Source: Syncephalis fuscata S228 (taxonomy: Eukaryota; Fungi; Zoopagomycota). From it: a stretch of DNA of 64,000 nt. Shown in pieces: positions 27,401 through 36,872 of the stretch (within the stretch, counting starts at the first letter, position 1; each line of letters opens with the position of its first letter). The notes below the pieces were generated by a model. That model saw only the letters and a list, made by a program, of their open reading frames with translations, did not search any database and had not been told where the DNA came from. The translations under genes were made by a program, and so were the position numbers. The stretch covers positions 1-64,000 of the forward strand of contig JAHLTZ010000012.1 in the NCBI GenBank assembly GCA_025786725.1, read 5' to 3'.

Positions 27401-27880
27401 TTGTTAATGAACACAGTATATGACATACAATTAGTATATGTTCTATTGACATGTAACATAACCTACCAGCTATTGATATTAATTTATTGATGCAACCAGT
27501 AAATAACGTAGTCGATATAGTCAATTAATATGTGATATCACTTACAAACTATTAATAGTAAATAGTTGGTACAATTAGTAAATAGCATGTGATTAGTGAG
27601 TACTTGATTAATATAAAATACTACTTACCTTTTATTAATAGTAAATAGTTGGTACAATCAACAAATAGCATGTGATTAGTGCAGTCAGTTAGTACGCAAC
27701 ACAACTTACTGCCTATTATAATCATGATTTAGGAATACTGTTAGTAAACAAAATTCTATGCTATATTTATTAACATTTCAACATACCACGACGAACTAAG
27801 GCTGGGTTAGCATCCACCATGATTGTAGCGGCTATCAAAGCCACAATGATGGTGCAAACGACGGCAATGGAGAGCTTCAT
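24458..27880 (-). CDS. Micro-exon gene 1: 42 exons (39 x 3 nt and 1 x 6 nt internal), secreted cationic six-Cys peptide, 80 aa: MKLSIAVVCTIIVALIAATIMVDANPALVRR-GKVSAKCQACRDGCSKKHKWNLWSRYKCRRDYCNDRDFCQGSYPTVSRR
   Basis: Exon 1 27880-27787 (31 codons +1 nt, donor GTATGT). Then 40 units of YAG|NNN|GTAAG at ~81-bp spacing with exons GCA,AAG,TTT,CTG,CGAAAT,GTC,AGG,CAT,GCA,GGG,ATG,GAT,GCA,GCA,AAA,AGC,ATA,AAT,GGA,ATC,TTT,GGA,GCA,GAT,ATA,AAT,GCC,GCC,GGG,ATT,ATT,GTA,ATG,ACA,GAG,ATT,TTT,GCC,AAG,GCT (first 27712-27710, last 24553-24551). Final exon 24483-24458 ends in TAG. 243 nt, no internal stop. One acceptor (27632-27634) is non-canonical. Confidence 0.88.
24546..27720. repeat. Tandem array of 40 diverged ~81-bp units, each one intron plus one micro-exon of micro-exon gene 1
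   Basis: cttac/cctac/attac/cttgc + NNN + cta/ctg recurs every 75-83 bp; consensus roughly acttacNNNctattaatattaaataattggtacaatcagtaaatagcatagttaatatatagtcaattaatatacaatacc. Confidence 0.95.
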
Positions 27881-28017
27881 GATGATATTGATTTGTTAAG
27901 ACAAACAAATAAAAGAGATCGTAGAGTGTGGGTGGTATAAAGTGGAGAGTAGTGCGTGTATAGCAAGAAGTAGAGTGTAATGATGATATCGCAGTTGGTT
28001 GTGTGTATTTTGTGGAC

Positions 28018-28025
28018 TATTTATA
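28018..28025 (-). promoter_or_regulatory. Candidate TATA box of micro-exon gene 1
   Basis: TATAAATA on the minus strand ~138 bp upstream of ATG 27880; AT-rich background lowers specificity. Confidence 0.45.
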
Positions 28026-28169
28026 CTTATGATTATGCCGAAATGCTAGTATACTGCAGTATACGAGATATACCATTAATGTGTAGTATGGACCAATAAA
28101 GCAATCCGAATAATGGTTTGAGGTGTGCGTGTACTAATAGCTTCGTGGCGTGATAGCATGCTTTCCAGT

Positions 28170-28700
28170 CTTGGTTTCAACCTACCCAGTTTTGATTTTA
28201 ACCTGCTCGGCATTTACACAAATGACGCGGCAATCCCAATCAGTAGTGCATATGAAATAGGGGCATGTACGTCATCCTGTATTTTCTATTACATGGTCTA
28301 ACTATTTGGTAAAAGTAAGATATTGTTTGGTTTTTGAAAAACGATAATAATGTCTTTTCTGTTGCTTCCACCGAATGACTTGGTCTCCAATATCTGCATG
28401 CATACAAAATAGCGCATAACCTACCCGGTCTATACTTCAACTTGACCAGCCTTAGTTTTAACGACCTGCCCAGTTTTTATTTCAATCTGCTAGTCATTTG
28501 CGCAAATGATGTAACAGTGTTTATAATCCAATACGTATGGGATAAGACTAGGCATACTAGCATGTGTTTTCTATTACACGGTCTAAACACTTGGTAAAAA
28601 CAAGTATATTGCTTGGTTTTGTAGAAACAATAATGATGTCTTTGCTACCATTTCTACCAATGCGGTCCTCAATATCTGCATGCATACAGAATAGCACACA
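28170..28700. repeat. Two diverged tandem ~245-bp copies (~28170-28415, ~28455-28700) upstream of micro-exon gene 1
   Basis: cccagtttt...caaatga...ttttctattaca.ggtctaa...ttggtaaaa...caatatctgcatgcataca occurs twice ~285 bp apart. Confidence 0.8.
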
Positions 28701-29959
28701 ATACTGACGCAAAAACAAGCTTAATGTATTAAACTGGTATTTTTATATAGATTTTTACTACCATACATAGGTCAGCCATAATTCCTTAAATTATAAAATG
28801 TGTTGATTGGTACATGTATGCATTTCATTCGACACTATGCCCATTGTTATGGGATAATCATTGTTTTGAATTCACAAATACATCACATCCAGGCATATCA
28901 TGCTACATGTGGTGCAACCATCAGCATTTAGAGGGCGGCTAATTCGAATCACCTGAAACTGCCTATACAATAAGTACTGTTTGTATCATGATGTATCACA
29001 GCATTTTGAGCAGTGAAACACACCAACAAGTCATCTTCGCCACCAGTTTCAGCTGTAAACTAGATTTTATTGGCTAAACTACACGCAATGCAATATGCAG
29101 ATACTAGACTAGACACAATAGAAAGTACTAACCAAATACCAGCAGTTTCGAGTGCATAGTGGTAATAGATTGCATATTAACTAGTAATCGTCTAGAGCTC
29201 AGGTACTGTTCAAACTACTAAAAATAATTTTGACAAAAATTCAAAAATTGCATACAGAAAAGCAAGTCAAAGCAGAAACCAATAGAAAAACAATTGGCAG
29301 CTTGAAGGCTTACTGGTTTGGCTTACAGCAAATCATTATTGTCATACCATGTTAGGCTGTGTTTATCACCGACCTAACTATTAATGATGCAGCTAGAATG
29401 ATAGCGCTAAACGAAAGTAAAGCATGAAAGCAAAGCATTGTACATAGCATTCAATAAAACTTCAAATACACACATGCTGTTATGCTTTGGATTCTATAAG
29501 GGGAATACTTGAGGGAAGGGTGAATGGATAAGGGGAAATCAGACAATAGCGGATGATATTGTCAACAAATGTCTATTCATGAGAGCATTGACCAGTTAAA
29601 ATAAGGATTGATATAGTTATATATCACAAGCAATGATTTCATGCTGTTTTAAGTTATCAAACAGAAGAAAAAAAAACATTTATTTGATCGAAATGCGCGT
29701 TCAGAACCATTATTTCATTCATTTGTTACATAAAAGCATGTACAGCTAAAGCAAATAGTAAAGTATTATTGAAGCCATTCTCAATTATAAAATATACAGT
29801 TTATACTATGTGTAAATGCGCAGCAATACAATATCATATATTGTACCAAACAGGTATCAGTTTTATTGTTATAATGTCGGTCATCTATTTAATTCACTTG
29901 ACAATAAAAATTACAGGATGTTGTTACGGTACAGAATTACAGTATTATGGTTGCCTAAT

Positions 29960-30435
29960 TATCTACCATGCAATTAATCCATGATATCCACCATGTAATC
30001 AAATAGCATGCTAACGATAACATGTGAATAGCCACGACAACCATATACTAAATAGTAGTACTAACGATTATAAACAAACAGCTACCCAAGGACACAGTTA
30101 GTAAATACTTGTTATTCACTGACATATGAGCGACCACATGGACAAGACTCAAGTTCCATTAACAATAATATTTACTATAAAATGCTAGCTTTATTGGAAT
30201 TATAATAAATATATGTGTTTGATTCTATATTTTTTCTTTGCTTTAGTTACAAGTGTTATTTAGTTATTAAAAGCCTAACTGTGGTAATCGATAGTTAAAC
30301 AGAAGAATCATTTATTGTTTATGTTATAATAGCATTAAATTCATATCATACTAATTTAAGCAATTGATTAGTAGCTACTAACGCTTGGGCGATAGAAGTA
30401 AGCGTGAATAAGACGGTAGCTATTAAGTTGTTAGT
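29960..30435. repeat. ~470-bp direct repeat, copy 2 (partner 23427-23900)
   Basis: Near-identical to 23427-23900. Confidence 0.92.
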
Positions 30436-31290
30436 CATCACATCATGTCATTCTTATTACATTCATTGTTCTGGTGACGACACTATTCGATAGCCATATT
30501 TGCATTTATGCAACTAATTTTTACTCTTTGCACCAGTATTCATATATTCTTTTTGATTGTTCATTTGAATTTGTAATATTATAAATTTTAATTAATTAAA
30601 AAAAGTTTTCTAAATCTTGACTTATTGCTACAACTTCAGTATTAATAAAAACAACAACTAAAAGAGCAAAATCAAATGCATTTTTTATATTGAATTATAA
30701 CTTCAACAACGGTCATATTACACCGTAATGATATTAATAGGATAGACTATCTGACACTGCTTGTAATTTACTAGTTGTGTTTATAATTCAATTAAAATAC
30801 ACATTTAAATTCATAATTGCTTATTTGGCTATAGAGAATAAATTTGGATACTTGTATAATAAATCGCCATTAGATTTACCATTTTGCTACATGCTATTTG
30901 CACACTTGAGTATTATTACTATTTGATTTACTAAGCACATATAAATAATCCACATGGTATGCAAACATAACTGTATAATTTACACACCAAATAATAAGCA
31001 AATGGCTGTCTATATCCACATGCTAATTACTACACCAATAATGCCATTCACCCATTTATTCGAGTATTCAGTTGAGTGTTATTTCTAATATATTCTATTT
31101 AATTTTCCGATAGCTGTATATTAGAGCAATTTATTAACCAATAAATAAACATGGTTTTTATTTCGCATGAATTTGTATACGGTAGATAAAGGTACTTGGC
31201 GGCTAATGATACTTGTTGGCCATATATACGCTAAAAACACACGGCTTTAACCTTAATTGCATTTCTTTACCGGCCAGTCATGCTTATTGT

Positions 31291-32683
31291 TTAATGATCT
31301 GGAACACATACTGCAATATCAAATTTGTAATGTTATTTGCTAGTTAGTATTGGGTATTTGGTTGGTATTCTAACATACCGTCCTCTATATTTAATATTTA
31401 TCCATGAGTGATAATGAATAAGATAAAATAATTAGGCTTTTATAATAGTTGCTTACCAGTTTCCGGTACTAGTTTCCATGATTATACCAAGAAGCATTAT
31501 TTATTAGTGTTTGGGATATAATTTTATAATTTGACTCACAGCCTATTATTTTTAATTAATGGTTATGGTATTTGTTAGTACTAGTAAATGTATTCTAAAA
31601 TTACTTAGGTTTTAGCTTACACGGTGCTAATATTAATTTAACAAATATGACATTGAAAAAATGCAATATTAGTAACTTGCACGAGCAATTTACAGTGTAA
31701 CTTACGGCCTAGTAGTAATTTATTAGCATGATGGTAAGCAAATTGTTATTAAATCCAATAGTTGCTAAATAAATTAACTTACATGCTGTTGGTAATGATG
31801 TAAAATACTACAAGTTAATATGCTATCTTAATGTTTTATTTTGAACTTACGCGCTATTGGTATTAATTTATGGTATGTAATATTAGTAGGTATTATACTA
31901 TTAAATGTTTTGTATCAACTAATCAAAAAAACATCTTACCAACTTTTGAATTGAATTAAAAGGGCCATAATATTAAATATTCTTGATTAAAATTTTCCAT
32001 AAAGTATAATAATTTAACTTACCAACTAAAATAATCATTTAGGGATTACATTTGAATAATCATTCTTATTTAGTACATACATCTCACTTAAATAATCCAA
32101 CTTACAACCTATTGGTATTAACAGGTCAGTATCATGCGAATAAATAAATAACACATAGTATACAACTTACATTGTATTGGTTCTAATGGTTATAGTATTG
32201 ATGATTATTTACAGTTAACAATCTAAATTAATAGTTTAAACAAGACTTATTACCACCTATTGACATATACATTTATGTATATATATATGCATTACAATAG
32301 CAATACGTTAGTTAGTAGAATAATGTTTATTAGCCTATATCTTACATTCTTTTGTATTTGTCAACCGCATTTACATATATTTGATTAGCTAAAGCTTAAT
32401 AGCCAAAAAATGCAACCTACTTTGGACTTTTGTAGTGAATTAATGCAACGTTTGGAAGTATTATTTCATTAGTTATCAAATAAATATGTAAATTGTAATA
32501 GCACACCTTTTTCAATTCTCCCTATTAAATTAATCACCATCAATACAAGTTAATATAATTGCAGAGCCGCTATAGCTGTGTCGTACCATTGCAGACTTCG
32601 GCAGGAACGGCCTCTATTATAGTCGCACCTACTGCGAGGAAGACAGTAATAAGAGTGCAGATAGTAGCAACTGAGATCTTCAT
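31291..32683 (-). CDS. Micro-exon gene 2: 17 exons, secreted six-Cys peptide, 66 aa: MKISVATICTLITVFLAVGATIIEA-VPAEVCNGRIEKVQKCEPIQCFVAPCPPCLPETEDVCVPDH
   Basis: Exon 1 32683-32587 (32 codons +1 nt). Internal exons 32521-32507, 32426-32421, 32348-32346, 32256-32254, 32182-32171, 32108-32106, 32025-32023, 31942-31940, 31853-31851, 31785-31783, 31708-31706, 31626-31621, 31542-31540, 31468-31457, 31384-31379 (15,6,3,3,12,3,3,3,3,3,3,6,3,12,6 nt), each bounded by AG and GT. Last exon 31310-31291 ends in TAA. 201 nt, no internal stop. Confidence 0.85.
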
Positions 32684-33305
32684 GATGATACTGGCCTTGT
32701 AGAGCAGCTAATGGAACGAGAATGGCAATTGATAATAGGTGGTGAAAGCTAAAAAAGCAAAGGTGATGATTCTTTAACAACTAACAAAAACATGGCCTAT
32801 TTAGGTCTTTTTGTTATGATGGGCTGCTGCATGGCTGCTCTTTACGCGTTATGCTGATGCGTGGATGAATTGCAAACGCATGATTTACGCGAATAGAAAC
32901 TGTCCACATGGCATCATAACAGGTATATGTCTAAACTAGTAACTCATTTAAAAAGGTTCCATATGTTTTTTGAATATCGTTTTTACTATTTAGCCTTGGA
33001 TCTACCATTCGTAGCTGTATAAGCTTTGGTGTGTTAGTTTGTAGTAAAGTTTTGTTTACAGGATATGCTACTAATATTGTTTTTGCTGTTGTTATTACGC
33101 AACTAATTTAAATCTTATATATATTATAATATTTAACTTTATATTTTAATAAACATCTGCAACTGCTATTATCCAGATAAATATCATTATGCGAATATAC
33201 AGACAGAATAGCAATTCACATACGATATATAAACTGCTCATTGGTTATAATGACATTATGTTTGTTTTTTATATAAACATTTAAAACATATTAGCCTGCC
33301 ATTGA

Positions 33306-33341
33306 TTTATTGTTATTGTTATTGTTATTGTTATTGTTATT
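33306..33341. repeat. (TTATTG)n microsatellite
   Basis: About six hexamer copies just downstream of the acyl-CoA dehydrogenase stop. Confidence 0.85.
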
Positions 33342-33403
33342 TCAAAACATTATTTATTTCATAAATCCAGCTGCAATTAGTATCTAGTACTCAATAGCAG
33401 TAC

Positions 33404-34941
33404 TTATAGTTTAGCATTGTTGCGCTTTGCCGCACGCTCACGAAGCTCCTTAACACGACGCAACTCCAATCGGCCAATCTGTGCAATATGCACGGCATCC
33501 GGTCCATCGGCCAAACGAAGCGTACGCATACCAGCCCACAACATTGGCAATTCAACATCGCCGTTAACACCAGCACCGCCGTGTATTTGAATGGCACGAT
33601 CGAGACATTTAAACTGATGTTTGGCACAATAACCTTAACCATGGCAATTTCCTTAAGAGCATGCTTGGCACCAACACGATCAATCATATCGGCCGCCTTA
33701 AGCACCAACTGACGTGCCTGATCAATCTCCATGCGTGACTGAGCAATTTCAGCGATAACAGTGCCGTGTTCTGCTAGCTTCTTGCCAAATGTTTCACGCT
33801 CTGTAGCACGCAACAACATGCTGTCAATAGCACGCTCAGCTACACCAATAGCACGCATACAATGATGAATACGGCCTAGATGATCAAATTCATATTGATG
33901 GTTAGAAACAGCGCTATAACATCAATGCTAATGATGACGACTTACCTGGTCCAAGTCGGCCCTGGATAATTTCAAAACCACGTCCTTCACCCAGTACTAG
34001 ATTTTCTTTTGGAACAAATACATTTTCAAACAATATTTCACAATGGCCAATGGGAGCATCATCATAGCCGAATACAGTCAATGGACGCACAACTGTAACG
34101 CCGGGAGCGTCGCGAGGTATAAGTACAATAGACTGACGACGATGTACACTGGGGTTGGTGGGATCGGTCATACCCATGGCGATAAAGACGCTGCAGCGAG
34201 GATCGCCAGCACCGCTAATCCACCACTTGCGGCCCGTCACTGTGTAGCCACGACCATCGGCCGTCTTTGTGATGGCCATTCGGATGTTGGTGGCATCTGA
34301 TGAGGCGACGGCAGGCTCAGTCATGGCAAATGCCGAGCGGATTTCACCGGCAAGCAATGGCTTCAACCAGCGCTCTTTTTGTGCAGGTGAGCCGTATTTT
34401 GCCAACACTTCCATATTACCCGTGTCTGGGGCAGAGCAATTGCAAGCCTATAACATAAACAAGCCATTAATAAACATAGTATTATTCTTCATTACTCTAT
34501 TTACCTCTGGTGCAATGTTAATGCTACGGCCCATAATCTCACAGAGTGGTGCGTATTCCAAGTTGGTGAGACCGGCTCCTTCTGGATACTCCTTCGGCAA
34601 GAACAGGTTCCATAGGCCGAGTTCGCGTGCACGTTTCTTAAGCTTCTCCATAATAGGCGGAATCACCTATGTTGACAATGGCCGTTCCATTAGATTAAAT
34701 ATGACTTATAGACAGCCACTCTATGCTTACCTTCCAGCGTTGGTCGCCCTTGCCAATCTGCTCCTCGTAAATCTTTTCGGCTGGAAGGCACTCATTCTAT
34801 ACAGTAGGTCAAATTGTAAGTATTATAGTCAGTTATTTGCTGGTAAATACCAGCTGAGAAAATGCCATCACTTACTTCTACAAATTCCGTGAGCACTTTT
34901 GCGAGCTTCTGCACGCGCTCAGACTGTTGAGAAATATCCAT
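33404..34941 (-). CDS. Acyl-CoA dehydrogenase, ACAD10/ACAD11-like, multi-exon
   Basis: [76 protein letters not shown]|[21 protein letters not shown]; ends in AKL* (PTS1-like). Frameshift near 33600. Confidence 0.95.
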
Positions 34942-35292
34942 AATGACGGTTCAAATGGTAGAAAAGAGGTGGAGAAAACAATGCGCAAGAAGGTAAACGT
35001 AGGCCTGCAAATATAAGTGGGGTGTGGGAAGAACTCACTGACGTTGGCAGTATGGTGTTTATAAATACGTCGTACTGACACTACGGAGACGGCACTTATC
35101 GGCACCGAAGAAGCCGACTGAACAACAAAAGCAACTGGCAAGGTCGTTTCCTATAGGATAAAACTCTTTATTCCCAGTAATTACTGGTTATAACTGCATG
35201 GATATAACAATATTGGGGCTGTTACCAGCTAGATAGCAATAATAGCAAGATCATTATCAGTGATTTGAATGATGTAAAATAATGTTATTTTC

Positions 35293-35750
35293 AAGTACTC
35301 GCTTATAACTACCCATTGTATAATTAACCACACTGCTAACTGATATCTCGATAGTTTATTAGTTAGTTATAATTAATGTTGGCACAATAATAATACATTT
35401 ATATACAATCATTCAGTTAATTAATAAATAATATAGCATTTATGGCATCTATAACACCTTATTTATTCGTATTGGAGATAGGTTTAAAAAACAGTACTTT
35501 GCTTATTTTGTATTTACTAAATCACACTTTTAACACAATACCTTCGTCGGGTCATAGCCACGTATCCATTTACAAATCTTACAAAAATGAACATTGCGTA
35601 TTTGTTATGAACAGCCACCGTATTATCGAATATGTGCATTACTATGTTTTAAATGGCATCTGGCCAGCACGTTCCTTTACACGTGCAAATTGTTTCAAAG
35701 TTCAATTATAACCTATGTTTTATTGAAGATAAATTAACTTATTTAAAAAA
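35293..35750. repeat. ~460-bp repeat, inverted partner of 20239-20696
   Basis: Reverse complement of 20239-20696 with few substitutions. Confidence 0.92.
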
Positions 35751-36872
35751 AGTAGTCAAATGTTTCATGTCATTTCCAATTTATCTATAAGCCACCATAA
35801 TAGTGTTAATATATATAGCTAGTTAAGTATTAGTATTCCGCACTAATTACTGATGGTCTGATTAGGCAGTATTTACAAATGCTGTTGACTAGTGTATTAA
35901 CCGATTGGTCATAATCAATATGCTGCTATGTCAGTGTTTTATTAAGTAAATATGCTAGTAATAGCGGATTAGCACCAACATATCATCAATATTTTATAAC
36001 TCGATAGCCATCATTATATTAGCCAGATGTCTATTAATCAAATGAAATACAGTATCGATAACAGTTAGTTATACGTTAATGAACATGTAACATCACTATC
36101 AGCTAATTATTTGATTGTATTTACGCTATCTATTTATTGTGCATCACTAGTCACTAATGTACAGTTAGTGTTAAATATGCTGCGTAAATCATTGGCATGA
36201 TATAGCCACTGATATTAATAGTCAGCAAGTGCTATTTATACAACTTAATGCCACTATAAAGTAATGATATGTATTGCAGTGTAACAACTAAGAGTTAGAA
36301 AAATGCCATTTGTATTGACAACGGCAATGGTATAATTTGTTTACTAAAATATTTTAACCAAAGCTATTGTTTATACATTGTTAGCTATTAACATAAGCAT
36401 GAATATTACTACTAATTGTTGAAAATAGTATGCCAGTTATTACTAAATAGTTAGCAACCGAAATGATGCAGCTATTAGTGGTATTGGCCAATCTGCAACA
36501 TACCTACAGATAACATGAGCACTTGGTGTATACTTACCGCTAGCTATCAATCAGCCTACTGCCGTCATAAATTAGCATAAATGTCTACTTGTTTAGTAAG
36601 TGGCAGCATGACATGCATTGCTACCAACCGATGACTGTTCACGAGATTTGATGTTGTACAACAGCAATGATATGACGTGCGCCCCAATGGTTAGTAATAT
36701 ACTAATAGCTGTTATTAGTATACATTTGGATAGTGGCTATTTAGTGACCAGAAGTAATGTCGCATAATATGGCCTACCAATAATGTTGCTTATGCTTACT
36801 TCACATTACCATTGATGCTAATAATATACTTAATATATATTAGCTAATATTGTGTCAACAATAATGATATAG

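Noticed and set aside
24417-27712. Phase-0 reading of the micro-exons (AKFLRNVRHAGMDAAKS...), which is also open
   Set aside because: The only good donor after exon 1 (GTATGT, 27786) sets phase 1. Phase 1 gives six Cys and a prompt stop and matches gene 2.
24546-27720. CRISPR-like array or plain minisatellite; hydrophobic ORFs 25288-26759
   Set aside because: The variable part is 3 nt bounded by splice consensus, the context is eukaryotic and there are no cas genes. The ORFs are read-through of intron repeats.
35760-36870. Additional micro-exon genes here or at 53.9-54.8 kb and 58.7-60.1 kb
   Set aside because: No periodic AG|3n|GT pattern or leader exon seen by eye on either strand; a regex scan would be more sensitive.
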